Positions 35,423 to 49,476 of a stretch of 64,000 nucleotides of DNA are shown here, piece by piece (positions within the stretch are counted from its first letter, which is position 1; each line of letters begins with the position of its first letter). The notes under the pieces are model-generated. The model saw nothing but the letters and a program-made list of their open reading frames with translations. It did no database searches and was not told the origin of the DNA. The translations under genes were made by a program, and so were the position numbers. The DNA comes from Trichosphaerium sp. ATCC 40318 (lineage: Eukaryota > Protista > Tubulinea), in NCBI GenBank assembly GCA_038496445.1, contig JALMLS010000027.1:62001-126000 (forward strand), written 5' to 3'.

Positions 35423-38400
35423 TTACTCTTCATCTTGAGCCTCTGAATACATTGAATCAATAGTACGTTGATTCCTATCAGGCGCCCTCATTTTTGTAAC
35501 ACGAATAAGGTTAGATTGTGGTATTTGCCTAAGAAACCGTAACAGTCAGTACACGTGGAACAAAAAAAAAACATTGAAAAGGTTTTCACAAGAGGAATGT
35601 CTCCTTCCTTACCTTAAGTCATTTGGTGTCAAAAAGAAAAATTGTCTATGTTGCTGTATTGAAGCCATCTTGATTAATAAGTTTATACTTATACGACGAT
35701 TAACAGCATCCTAAATAACACATCAGAAATAAAGCCGTAAAAAAGAAGAAAAACAAATGTTCAAAGTACCATAAAAACATCAAATTCGTCCATTGCTCTA
35801 AAAGGGCTTTCCATAGCCTCCCATAACGCCATTAATAAAGCTACAGTAGAGAAAGACCTCTCTCCTCCAGATAGAGTTTTAGTAGTCTGCATAGACACTT
35901 CCTTATCAGCTTGTTTGTCCAAGTGAACCTAAAGCAAAAAAAGTCACAACAAAGTAATCAAAACAAACGGTTCAATCCACATACCTTAATGTCAATTTCT
36001 TCTGTTTGGTGGTTGAATTCTATTTTACCAGAATAACCCTTTTGTGATAAATAAGAGTTAAATAATGCTTGAGTCCTGAATGCTATATTTTTTCTAAAAT
36101 TACGCCATGTTACTTCTCTTTCTTTTAAGCAACTCTTTAATCTCTAGAGGAAAAAAAGCATGTTAGTACTAACTTAGGCCAACCAGCAGTGTTCTTGCAT
36201 CTCACGTTAAGAAAACCGTGTGACACGAGACCACAAATGTTTATATTGTATTTTAAAGTATGTATCAACTGTAAAGCTTTGACCTTGCAAGTGGTACAAA
36301 GGAGGTAACAATACTAAAAAAAAAGCGAAAGAAAACGTACGACTTTCATTTCCTGGAGCTTGGTGACCATAGAGTTTGTCTCTTTATACATTTTTGCTGC
36401 ATTAGAATATAATCTACCAACTTCATCAATAGATCGTTTCCTAAAATATTACAAAGTCAGTTCACCACAATCAAAACAAGAACAACAAAAAAAATTCTTT
36501 GAAAACAAAAGAAATGTACCCTCTTTGCTCCTTTGCTATGATGCGTTCAAGAGCCTCAAGTTTTTTCTGAAGTTCCTCTGGCTCTTTTTCAGCCTCATTT
36601 GCTTCTTCTCGAGGACATACACTCTCAGCTTTTTCTGTCTCATGCTAAGGAGAAGACATATGAGAAAAAAAAAAAGAAAATACCAGAAAATTAATACTCG
36701 AGTTTAAAAAGCCTCTGCCGTACAACTAAGAGTTCTTCTTCCGATTTGATATTCTCATCTAATATAGTAATTCTCTGTCCGTATTGTATCTGAAGGCGTT
36801 CAAGTTTAGCCATCGTTGTAGTTTTCATCTTTTCTCCATTTTCTTTCAATCTAAGGATTTTTGAATTAAGGTCTTCCATTTTTTCCTTCTCGTGTTGATA
36901 CTGTCCTTTAATTTCTTTAAGTTTGTCAAGTACTGGTTTGAGTTGTTTCATATTGAATGTAGATAATATATCTTCTAATTCAGCAATACGCTTATCATTC
37001 TCTTCAAGCATTCGTTTCCTTCTCTTTTTTAAGGCACAATGTTAGCTGATTAAGTCACTATAAGAAAGTGGCTGTGTACCTCAATCTCAGCCTCTTCTTC
37101 GGTAGAATCAGGTTTCTCTTCTGCCTCTTCTATTTTAGCTTGAAGCTTTTCTATGTCTCTCTCACATGTATGAATACTCTGCTCAAGTCTTTGCTCACGT
37201 TTCTAAATTATCAGAGTTAAAAACATTTCAAACTCATTTTCTTTTGTACGTCTATTCTTCCTGTTTCTGCTCTTTTGTCTTTATATGCGCGCTCTGCAGC
37301 ATGATGTTTTTTAAAAGCTTTGTTTATTCTATCATTGAATTCACCAATCCTACGTTGCTTGCGTGAAATTGCTTCATCAACATTCGGTTGAAGCATATTT
37401 TGAGTGGTAGCTTGGGTCATAATTTCAGTCCCACCCCTAGAGTACAAACACGTTAGTCACATGTGGTATGAGTAACTTAAAGTATCTCTATAATCTTACT
37501 TTACAATGTATCGCATGCCAGTAGAATCTATTACTTCTAGAATTCTCCGAGAGGACTACAAGTTGGTTTTAGTTTATTTGTTCGTGAACACAAGTTTACT
37601 AATCATCTGCGTACGTTTGGACCAAACATAAGTTGCTGTGCGGATTCTCGTGAAGACGCAAGAACTTTTGATTCAATACGAGCCTTGAAAAAGATGTCAG
37701 ACAACAAAATAATGCAAGAAAGAAAGTGATTTGCAATAAAAGGTACCTGATCAATTAAGGTATTTAAAACCATTGGATGTGATGGTTCAATTACGGAGAG
37801 CACTGTAGTTTCTCTAGGTATAGTATCTGAATTTATAGTATACACATTTGATCTATGCCTCTGTACAATCAAAGGAGGTAACCTACAATCAAAAAATCAA
37901 CAAAAAAAAATAATAAAAAAACACGTGAACATAGCAATAGCATATGTATTTCTGACGTACGTCCACCTATTCTTGGTGCAAATACTCCTTAAAATGCGCT
38001 CATGTTGCTTATTATCAACAATATAAGACCTTAACACGTTTTTCGTAGCAACTTCAACTGCTGTAGCCCAACGATGATCTCGCACAGTAAAGCAACTACC
38101 AACAGGGCCAATAGGTGGTTTGTTATTGAATTCTTTGATTACGTCTGGTCTCCTCAAGTAAGAATGTAGACGGGCAGCATCACGTCCAAAAATCCTGAAC
38201 CTATCTTTTTTCGAAGATTCAAGAGTTTTAATCTCATCTTCAATGTGTAATTTATCTCTCTTGGCGTCTCTGAGAGCGTCTTTACAAGCTGTCATTTCAG
38301 CATACAATCGACCTTCCTCTTGTTTCATTTCTTGAGCAGTAGCTCTCAACTAAACGTTTATAAGGCTTGGTCAATGAAAAATGGAAACTATAAAGGTCGT

Positions 38401-40265
38401 ACTTGCTCAATCTCTACTCTTGTATTTTTTTTCTTCTCAACAATACCAGCTAATTCATCTCTAAGATGATCCTTTGCTTCTTGTGTATTAGACATAGCTC
38501 TCTCAAGTTTTTCGTCTATTTGCTGTTGGATTCTGCGTATACGGCCATGAATACTTTGATTATCTTTCCTGAGATGTCTCAACTCATTCTACATGACAAC
38601 GATCAGTTACAAATTAAGGTAAAACCAGAAAAAAATGAGAAAGATAGTAAACAAAACCACTTACGCTTGATTCTCTCATAGACCTTTTTAAGTCATTCCG
38701 TTTTTCTTCTAATGCCTTGTATTTTCTATATACATCTTTACTCTCTCCTTGTAGACCATTCAATTCTTCTTCAAATGCTGCTGCTTTAGCTGCAGATTCT
38801 TTCAGTTTTTCCTTAACGTATACACTGAGATACTTTAATGTCTAACAATCATATGTACCTGCGCAACTGTTTTCCTGACTGTCACCTTCTCTGTTGCCGT
38901 AAGGTAGTCCTCTTTCTTTTTCATGAGGGATTTGATGTACTAACAAAAACTTATGAGCAAGGAAAGTGGAAAACCATTTTGGAACAAAAAAAAAAGTGGC
39001 AAAAGAGTTTAACAATAACTTTCAACGTACCACTTCTCTTTTAGTTACATAAGCCCAGGCAAGCGACTGTTTCAATAAAACGACCTTTTCTGTAAACTCT
39101 TTAACAGAATGTAAGTCTTTAAATTCACTTTGTAGTTCTTTAACAGCCCGTCTCATGAGTGGTAACGCCTACGAAAAAAAAATAAACAAAATAAAACCTA
39201 GTACTCATAGTGATTACCTCTAACTTTTTTTCGAGAGCCATTGACATGATTTCTAGCTGTTCATCTACGAAAGTAAAGTCATGTCTCATTTTAGATAGGT
39301 CTGTAGCACTAAGAAACAACTATAATAATCCATCAGAACAACAAGTAAACGGAAAAAAATTCCTGTAAGTTTTACTTACCTTATATTTTGTGGCTGGCTT
39401 GGCATCACGAATAAATTGTTTACTATGCTCTTGCATGAGTATATTACATGGGTTATCAACCTGTATATTAAATTGTTCCATCATACGGGTTAATTCATCA
39501 CGTTTCCGTGATACAATTTGCCCTACATTGCAATTTTAATAACAACAAGAAAAAAAAAAAAGTGTCATTACCATCTTGGCCCATCAGTTTGTATGTTGAG
39601 CCTCCTACCCTCTTTATTGTTCGCTCAATGATGATAGTATCTCCATATTCATCAGGACAATAAGCCTCAGAACCTTGGTTCTTGATGTGAATGGTTATTT
39701 CGGCTTTACTGTTGTTTGAAAGTTGCGTTAATAAAGTGACGTTCAGAAGGGTTTTTTGATAAATTACATCGTTGCATCAACCACTGTAACGTACTTTTTG
39801 CCTGTTTGAATTAAATCTCTCAATTTATCACCTCTGTCAGCATAACGCACGCGGGCGCCCAGTCCAATCGTAATAGCTACGAGGAGAGCACTTTTACCGC
39901 CTGTTATAATATTTATTATTCTTTTTACAAATTATTGTACGTACTTCCGTTTCTGCCCACCAGAAAGTTGACATTTGGACCAAAGGGTATTTCATAATGA
40001 CTTGGCGCAAATTAGTTTTCAAAAAAAAGAGTTTTGGCGCAAATGAAATAAGGACATGTTATGTTAATAATATCGCGTGTATATTGCAATTTGGTCCTTA
40101 CCTGTGGCACATGAAATTTTTCAACACCATTTTCTCTAGAATACCCATTTTTGCCACAGACTGAGCTACGTCCCCCTCACTGTCCGACACGTCGCTTTCC
40201 CAACCGTCTATGTCGTCTTGTGACCCTTGCTGCGATTCTGCAGCAGATTCACGTACGGAGGACAT
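35423..40265 (-). CDS. SMC6: Structural maintenance of chromosomes protein 6
   Basis: N-terminus LKNFMCH...[20 protein letters not shown]; hinge PPIGPVG...WATAVE; C-terminus [41 protein letters not shown]; coiled-coil exons in between. Confidence 0.93.
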
Positions 40266-40338
40266 TGTAATGCTCTTGACGAGCTTTCGCTCGTTTGCTT
40301 AGCTAATTACAGAGTATTTCAAGTAACTTAACTACAGA

Positions 40339-40774
40339 ATGGAACCACCAGGCATAGATGACACTCACTTGCTCACGAACCTTCTTAATGAATTACAGCG
40401 CTTAAACAGAGAAGTAAAACAACTCTCAGAAAATCATACTCGCGTGCTGGAGATTAACAGTGACATAGCAACAAATGTACAGTCTATTAGAAACGCTGAG
40501 ACGAACCTAAACTTTCTGAAACACATGTCAACGCCACAAGACAATTGAAAGCGGTTATTGGCGGGGAGATGAAAATACATTGACCTTAGATAGCACACTT
40601 GATAGCGGTAGCAATGTAAACCACCTGGTAGATAAAATAAACGCATTTGGCGCGCTTGACTTGTACACAACGCCAGCACTACTTGAAGCAGCTGTTATTA
40701 TCATGAGAGTTATAACTACGCACAAAACAGCGTTTAGAGCATCATCAATGCCTTGGAATCTAGTGTATGATTAA
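40339..40774 (+). CDS. Hypothetical protein with a coiled coil; may be the 5' exons of the downstream repeat gene
   Basis: ORFs 40339..40548 (heptad-like LLNELQRLNREVKQL) and 40580..40774. The ATG is only 73 nt from the SMC6 ATG, head-to-head. Confidence 0.4.
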
Positions 40775-40809
40775 AACACGTTCTGATACGAATGTAACCC
40801 CGCCAAAGT

Positions 40810-42662
40810 CAAATAGACACAATAGGAAAAGAATTAGGAGTAAAACAGCTTACAGACTGGTACAAAATAACGACCCGACAGGTAAGTGACCGCGGTGGCA
40901 GCGCGGTGATGAATACGTACGTTCATAGTGACTTTTGGGTTGACATTGACACTTCTGGGCGTTAACAAATATCAGGTGTAGCAATTCTATGCTCAACATG
41001 TTAGAAAAGGTGTTTTCTTCATACAGTTGGGATAAAAACGGGTTTACGTACACGTGTATTTCGAGTTTTCAATTGCCAAAACAAAAAAAAAGAGTGCGTT
41101 TTTGACACCACATAGTCGTGTTGGTAAAGGTTACAAGCATGATGTTTCTATTCACAAACAAGAGTTTGAAAAGGTAGCAGAGGAACTCGATATAAAGACG
41201 TTATGCACATGGGAAGAAACGCCAATAGAGTTACTGAAAAACTTTCGTGTTTTGTCCGCGTGCGTTTACTTCCAAAGAATGCTGTATTGTTGACACTAAG
41301 TGTAGTTACGGAGGTTCGTTGTACGACGCGTTGAATACAGTGTACCCGCAATATCCGTGGCTTGTCGATTGTTTTGCTTACGCTGCAAGTGGCTCTGAAA
41401 GCAGATTGAGGTTGTTGAATGATATCAGCGAATCACTGAGTATAAAAGTTCTTGATGACTGGTACAACATTTCTAACAGTCAAGTCATTCAGCACTCAGG
41501 GCAATCTGTGTTGTCATGGTACGTGTTTCTTTATGTTACCCAACGATAGTGTTAATGTGGTTATATTAAAGCTACAATAACTCACTGTATAAAGTGGTCA
41601 CCGAGTTGTACCCAAACCATAGTTGGTCAGTTCATGAATTCAAGTAAGCCAGTTGCAACAGCCTGTTAAGAGTTTAATGCCATTCCTCAGGCACAAACCC
41701 AAAGGTTATTGGGACGATATTTCGAATCAAAAGAAGCTTTTGGATAATATTGGAGTCAAACTAGGTATAGAAGAACCAAAACAATGGACAAGAATTTCAG
41801 CAACAGCATTTATTAAATATGGTGCAAATTGTGTTCTTTCTCGGTACTTAGTGTCAAGCACATTTATTTCTAAATATTGATATCATTGCTTACTTCTTGG
41901 ACACAAAGATACGGATCTATAAAAGATATGATGAAGACGGTATACTCCTCTGACGAATGGCACGAACTGGAGTTTACTATCAAGTATGTTTACTAAAAAA
42001 TAAGTCATTTGTTGATTTGGTTCACCGAAATAGTTTGGAGCCTTTTTGGTATGAGGAGACTAGACTTATTCTAGAGAACCTTGGAGAACGCCTTGATATT
42101 ATGGTATTTAATGATTGGTATAATATAAATACAAGCCATTTTATTACCATAAAGGAAAAGAGCGCGTTGGAGAGGCAAGTTGCAACTGCTTCAAAATTGT
42201 TTTACTAACAGCTTGTAAAAACAGGTTCAAATATGATTTGTCCAAAATGTTAGTAGCAATTTACCCTTCTATTCCATGGAGATTTTTCAACCGTAAATCA
42301 CGCCCATTAGAATACTGGCAAAAGCCAGAAAACGTGATCACATCTTTGAAAGAGATTGAATCGGTATTAAATCTTTCAGAGCATGAGCAATGGTTAGTTA
42401 TATAACTGTGAATCTACTAGTTTTTAAGACTTTTTCTTAAAGGTATACTGTGTCCAGAGAACAGGTGTCAATGTTGGGCGGTCCGGGAGTATTAAGGTAT
42501 TATCCATATGTACTTAGACTTGTATTCCCTACAGTGGAATGGCAATGGGATCGCTTCAAGTTTAACAAGCGAGCCAAGCAAAGGTACAGTTTTTTCAAAA
42601 AAAAGCCACTTAGCCAAAATAGGTGGATGGCTGAGTGCATTGGTAAATTAACTCATACATGA
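40810..42662 (+). CDS. Second member of the ~75-aa Trp-rich repeat family, apparently without the nuclease domain
   Basis: Same repeat: DTIGKELGVKQLTDWYKI, GGSLYDALNTVYPQYPW, LSIKVLDDWYNI, HKPKGYWDDISNQKKLLDNIGVKLGIEEPKQW, RPLEYWQKPENV, LRLVFPTVEWQW...KRAKQR. No EYQGxxHY motif follows. Confidence 0.7.
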
Positions 42663-43020
42663 TGGAAACATTCATAATTGTAAAAATAAAAATAAAGTGA
42701 TGGAAGATCAGAACTTCAACCTCTCCTTACCAGGTTAGGCTACAACTGTATTATTTGATGAACTTTTTCGCAACTGAAAACAATTAATCTAATGATCCTA
42801 TGAGATTTGAACTCACAACCTTACGTGCTTGACATGCTCTACTAATTTAGCTAAGCGATCTTTGATTTTTAGAGTATAAAAAGCTTATGCGTCCGGCCAA
42901 AAAAGAGGCCTTCTGTGCTATGGAATACAACTCAAAAAAAATAAACACAGAAGTTGGTCATGATTTTGGATTACTTTTTACTATTTGTATAAATGAATGT
43001 GTACATACTTATGATAATAT

Positions 43021-45124
43021 TTACGGATCTATTACACAATAACGATATATCATCGTTTTGCTCCTTCAAAAAAAACAGGAGTAAGAAATAAGAAAAGCGA
43101 ATGAAAAAAAAAATTGTCCACATACCTGAAGTGCGAATGTTGATTGTCAATGCATAATCTATATGTTCCTGGTTTATCTACTTTGAGTCTTTTCATCACA
43201 AAATCTTGACTCTTTTTCGCTTGAGTAGCTTCACGTATTGTTTCCCTGGTAAAAAAAATAAATCAACCAATGATAAAAAACATTACAAGAACAAAATAAG
43301 AAAACGTTGTTTTTCAAATCACGTACCATTTAGCCTTCTTTTGGCTACCATCATTATAGAGGATACTTAATGCTAATTGAGGATTCCTTGTGGTATATTC
43401 CCAAAACAAGGTAGACCCTGGTTTATCAACTTTAATGTCCTTATGGAAAACACCTAAAACAACTGTCACAAAAACCAGCCGACACTCCTTTTGTGATTGT
43501 AACAGCAAAAGGCCAGTTAACTTTATCATAGGTTAAATACGTACCTTTGGCTTTGATTGTAACTGTTTCTCTTTGATCTTCTATATCATCTTGGCTACAC
43601 AACTGTCAGCAATGGCGCAAGAAAAAACTGGTTTAAATCTTTTGGAGTGCCCGGACATACGCATCTCTTCCAAGTGATTTAGGGGCTACATCTATTTCGC
43701 CACCTGTTCCAATCCATTTTGATGCTATTTAGGTCTTTAGAATAGGCAATGATGGTAGTAATAGTGAGTGTACAATCATTCTCTCCACCAAGGAAATCTG
43801 GTAAGTCCTTTTTATGAAAAACTTGTTCCAAGTCTTTTTGCCATCCAGTGTGCCCATAAATGCGTACCTTCTCGCAGTTAGTCGTATGAAAAAATAGTAC
43901 GGAATTTGTTCTATACCTTCTTTAGGGTGTTCTTGTCAACAGCAGGTTTCAGTATCGCCCATACCGCAGTGAAAACTTTTGGAGCGTTTACAATAAACAT
44001 ACCCCTAACAAACTCTGGGTAGTTATCAGCGTCAAGCGCTGCAATCCTTTTTACTGCGTCTAACGCTAATATTACAGTGAGAAATACATTAACAATGAAT
44101 GTAATAGTTACCTGGTGTGTACGCATGAGACCAATTTAAACCTGACAGATCCTAAAACAATGTTACTTTTTGTTAGGTATTTGCTTCTCACTTACATGTA
44201 CTACAATAACACCAGCTGAGTACCCTTTCTCTTTCCTTAAAGCCTCACGCCTAGCATCATTATTAAACATTTTAGTGAAATAAAAGGTGCGTCAAACCTT
44301 CTTTCAACAGTCTCCATTTCATAAAGGTGATAATCTAGAATATACTCCATAGGAAAGAAATTCAAAACGCTCTTTGGAACCAATGAACCCACTCTTGTAA
44401 ATGCTGCTAAAAATCCATCTTTCGTTCTTACATCCCAGTCAGGTGTAGCTACAAAAACAGAATGTCACAACCAAAAAATATGGGGAAGGGTCTTTGGGGT
44501 GTAAGGTTTTTTTTTGGGTTTTTTTTTTTCCGTACTTGTGAAAACGTCACGTGTTACGTTGTAGTATTTTCGTTTAAGAATCCTTTCAACAACGTGATCA
44601 ATATCTCTGTCTTTGCGCCATTCCTAGAGTTAAGGTATCAGTAAAGAACCCTCTGTCAAACAAATAAAAACCACAACAATATTCGTCAAATGACGTCTAG
44701 GCGTAACACCACGTAAGTGAGAGTTACCGACGGTTTGTTTTACGGAAAAATGAGATACCATCGATTTAGCAAACATAGCTGTTGAGTTTTTGAGATCGAG
44801 GTCCCTACACGCTGTTTAGAAGCCATTCTTTTGTAAAACTGTAATTTGCGTGCCTTGCTCGTAAGAATCTCAGTAGATATTCATCTGAGTGCTTCTCTTG
44901 TATCCATGGTGCTGCTGTGGGGTGCTTTCTGAACTGCTTGATGGCCTACATTAAATTTTACTACAAATAGCGTTAATTTACATGACGCGTACGGATTTCT
45001 CCTTGTCTGTCCATGTTATGTTATCAACGGGCGCGAGAATGTTTCCGGTTGCTGGCGCACTGGTAATAACCTCAATATCTTCTAAAGAACTAGAATCAAC
45101 TGTGTTGCCCGTGCTTTCAGCCAT
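43021..45124 (-). CDS. Sec14/CRAL-TRIO lipid-binding protein with a C-terminal GOLD domain
   Basis: DEYLLRFLRAR/DLDL; DADNYPEFVRGMFIVNAPKVFTAVWAILKP; LPDFLGG; GOLD motifs STLFWEY and PGTYRLCIDNQHSHF/RSKT. Confidence 0.88.
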
Positions 45125-45321
45125 TGCTTCAGATGTTAGTTAGCTGTTTATTTGCACAAGTTCGAAAAATGTCAAATTTCTGTACCTTTTTGTGGTAACT
45201 TTGGGAGGCTTTCGCAAACTTAATTTTAGCGATGAATAGGCAAAACCGTTCACACGGAGAAATCAAACTAGCAAACGTTGTTAAGCCAGTTATTGTTGAA
45301 TAGACCTAAAAACGGCCGCAA

Positions 45322-48240
45322 ATGGACCAAGATAACTCAGTGGATACCACAGTGTTGATTTCTAGTACGAAACAGATCAGTTCATATACTTTTCATTTAT
45401 GAACCTCAAGGTAGCGACAGAGCGCGAGAGCCTATTAATCTAACGTGGTCTGATCTTTCTTACACAGTTCAAGTGGGGAAAAAGGGTGGCTGTTGCTCCA
45501 GGGGTACGCACATAGCGTTGAGATCGTTTTAAGATTCCTTTTCTCATTGCTCGCATTTGACTAGGCAAAACCTCAAAAACTATTGTCCGAAACTTGTCGG
45601 GATACGTAGAACATGGCCAATTGCTCGCTATCATTGGTTCCTCAGGGTACAGTACTGTTTTCAATCGTTTTGTTTGACATACTTTCAATAGTGCAGGTAA
45701 AACAACTTTTCTTGATATTCTCGCGGGTAGAGATAAGACAGGACACGTTCAAGGTACATTTTTGTTAAAATAGTACACATGCGTCAAACGTACTAAAAAT
45801 CCTGTAAGGATCTGTGCTCGTTAATGGAAAGAAGCAAACAAGCAACTTTAAATACTTGGCGGGATACGTAACCCAAGTAAGGCATAGTTTGTTTCATGAT
45901 TTTGTTTACTGACTTGCGCAAAGGATGACGTACTTATGGGCACTCAAACAGTTGCCGAGACGTTGCGATTCTATGCTAAGTTAAAACTACCTAAATCCAC
46001 GCCAAGAAGGAAGCGCGAGACACGTGTCAAAGAGGTGAAATACAGCGAAGGTGGTTTTTTTTTGACAGTTTAAAGGTAATTGAAGAACTTGGTCTGTCGA
46101 AAGTAAGAGACACATACGTTGGATCCCAGTTTAAGAGGGGTGTATCAGGAGGCGAAAAGAAGCGTGTTGGTGTTGGCGCTGAACTCATCACTGATCCATC
46201 CATACTCTTCTTAGACGAGCCTACAACTGGTTTGGACAGTTACAACTCATTGGCAGTAAGTGTTGTTTTTGGATACGTAAATCACGTGCTAAATATGTTT
46301 AGGTCATGGAAGTATTAGCAGATCTAGCAAAGGCTGGTCGTACAATCATCACTACAATACATCAGGTATGACACCTCGTCATAAGCAGAAAAAGTTTGCT
46401 TGATACTGATTTGTTGCTAGCCAAGAACGAACATTTTCGACTTGTTTGACAGATTACTTATTTTATCGGAAGGCGAAGCAGTATGCATAACTATAAAGGT
46501 GTCATTGTTTTACTCAATTCTAATAGGTTTATTTTGGTCCTGCTCAAGATGCTAGAGCGTATTTTAACGCATTACATTATGATATAAAACCAACAGCTAA
46601 CCCTGCAGATGCAATTCGTATGTGATATCAAAAAATTAATGTAATTTGACATTTGACAATTACTTATGTTTTATTCTTAGTTGACATTGTTGTACAAAAT
46701 GAGAGAGATAGACAAAATGAGAATACCACTTTTGAAGATGAAGGTACTACAAATAACTCAAGATCATCATACAAAGATTTAGCGGGCACATATAAAGTAA
46801 GTACTAGAGTCAACAAGCGAACTAAACTTAACACTAATTTTGTTTTCAAGAGCTCAAACGTTTTCCAAAAGGTAAGAACCAAAGTTTCTCAACTAAACGA
46901 ATACGCTAGTGGTATAAACGTAAGTATAGTGTACAATAGATTTATACATATTAAATACGTAATAGACTAAGAGAGAGCCAACACCAAACTGGTTTGTTAA
47001 GACAGCACTGCTTATTTACAGAAACTTTGTAAACGTTGCAAGAACTCCACAAACATCTTTCGTACAACTTTTCCAGACTGTCTTTATGGCTTTGTTGGTA
47101 GGAACAGTATTCTTTAAAATCAAGGTACATACCTGAACTGCAGTCGAGTAACGTTCGCTAACATATAGCTAGGATAACCAAGGATCAATCCAAGATCGTG
47201 TTGGATGTCTTTTTTTCATTATAACAAACACTGCTTTCAGTCAATTTTCAGCTCTAGCTCTATGTCCGTAGTCGTATACTGTACCAGTACGTAATTTTTG
47301 TATAGTTCTTGAGGAGCGGAATGTATTCAATAGAGAACGTGCTAGTGGTATGTATGGCACTACAGCGTACTTCTTCGCGTAAGTTTTTTACCAAGTCAGT
47401 CATTGTGGTCTGTTTTGTTGACACAGCTGTTTAGAAAGAACGTTCTAGACTTGACATGGGTAGTAATTTTTCCTGTTGTATTTGCAGCAATAGCATACTA
47501 TATGGTACAAAGCTTTGTAGATTTTTATTAACAAGTTTATAGATTGGACTTCAACCGAGTGTTGAGAAGTTCGGGATATTTTTAGCTATTCTTGAAATGT
47601 TCACGTGCGTGCAATTTTGGCTTTTTTTAAGATGACGTTATTCTAATTCACAATTTACTAGGCTTGTTGCTACTTCTATTTTTTTGACTATTGGTTCGCT
47701 ATCACCAAATTTAAAGTCAGCGCAAATTATAACGCCAATATCTTTGGTTCTGCTACTTCTCTTTGGCGGTTTCTATCTTACAAATGACAATGTTCCTATA
47801 TACTATAGATGGTTACATGTAATAAGTCCATTTAGATATGCATATGAAGGTAAATAATCTATCTAAACAAACTCTGAGTGACACCTGTGTACTCTGTTGA
47901 TGGGTTAAAAAATCTATAACATGACTTTTTTTGGTAACTAACTGTTGATACTTAGCGCTAATGTACAACGAGTTTGTTGGTTTAAAATTTGCACCTGACT
48001 TAGATGCCAATGGCACAATCATTATAGATAACTACATACCTACTGGAGAAGGTAAGCAGTCAAAATAAAGTGCATCTGTATCTTCTTCTGTTAACCTTTT
48101 CACCTTAAGCTCAACTTGCACGTATGGGTATGGCAGACATTAATATTGGTACGCACCTGGCAATATTAGCAGGTTCTGTAGTGGTATTACGTATATTTGC
48201 ATTCATAGGTCTTTGTACACTATACAAAGAAAAGAGATAA
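45322..48240 (+). CDS. ABCG-family half transporter
   Basis: Walker [19 protein letters not shown]; [11 protein letters not shown]; [12 protein letters not shown]; TTIHQ/P; ANPAD. The TMD has [14 protein letters not shown] and [11 protein letters not shown] at 48240. Confidence 0.93.
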
Positions 48241-48334
48241 AGAAGCACTGCAAATCTCAACCAATCACTGTAAAAAAATAAGACTTTTTGTTTATTAGTT
48301 GCTTGAAGTTTGAAAAGCTCTGTGGCGCAACACT

Positions 48335-49476
48335 AATGCTTACCCTTACTTACTGTGTTATATTGTATAAGTCACAAAAGGAGACAACAAGTGTCCGTGA
48401 GCTTCCTCCTGAGCTACAGCTTGATATGATGGATTTGGATGTTAACATTTATCAATTGTAACCTGTGCTTGCAGTGGTTGATATGATTGATTTGGATGTT
48501 AACATTTATACTGTGACCTTTAAAAAAACAAGTGCTTTACAGTGGTCGTGCTGAGGCAGCATTTTTGTGTTCAAGAATAAGATTCAACAATCGAAAAGTT
48601 GCACAAAGATTTTATGTTCACGGCCTAAAAGAAGGAATCCTAAATACATGGCGTAGGCGAGGTACTCATATAAAAGAATGCTATTATGTTAATGATAAAC
48701 TCAATGGTGAGTTAAAGATATGGCGTTTGAGAGGTCTTTTGAGGGAAGTCATTAATTACAAAAAAGGAAAGAAAGACGGAATGTTCAAGTCTTTTTATGA
48801 ATAAAGTGGGAATACAAAAGAAAGGAGTTTATGTTAATTGTAAATTAAATGGAGATTTCGCTGTTCTGTATGATAATGGAAAAAAGGAGATACAATGCCT
48901 TTTGTCTTCAGGAAAGAGACACGGCATAGAAAAAACATGGCATAGAAATGGCAGACTGGAATCTCAGTGTAGTTATGTCAACGGTGTTAGACTAGGAGAG
49001 ACAAAGTTAGGGATAAAAACGGTAAGCTTATTAAACTGTTAAGCTATGTTAATGATGATGATATTGAAGATGGTAATAATGATAGTGGGAGGGAAGAAGG
49101 GTATGTAGGTAAAGTACTAGAAAAGAAATGGAGAAAAAACGGGACTTTGGAGTGTCATACATTTTATAGCAAGATAACTATGGATACATATGGATCACCA
49201 AAGGATATCAATGATGTGATTCTCAAAGGGAACGGTATCAAGACAGAGAGCAAAGATATGGTTTAAATGTGGACAAAAGCTAAAAATACATGCTCATTTT
49301 GCCAACAATAAACTTGAGGGAGATTTCAAGGAGTGGGGGGAATAGAAGTCTTGGTTTGAACAAATGGACAATTGTATCAACAGATTATTTTCGGAAATGA
49401 GTGTGTAGATTACACAAGTTGGAATGATGACGGTCAGTTGAACAAACAAAGATTCTTTGATACCAGTACTGATTGA
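48335..49476 (+). pseudogene. Intronless, frameshifted F-box-like + MORN-variant (MORN_2/YwqK-type) repeat gene
   Basis: RELPPELQLDM near 48400, then repeated Y/F-x-x-G-K-x-x-G-x-x-x-x-W/Y-x-x-N-G units spread over several frames (48532..48804, 48797..49042 and beyond) with no splice signals at the breaks. There is a small internal duplication of GATTTGGATGTTAACATTT. Confidence 0.7.
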
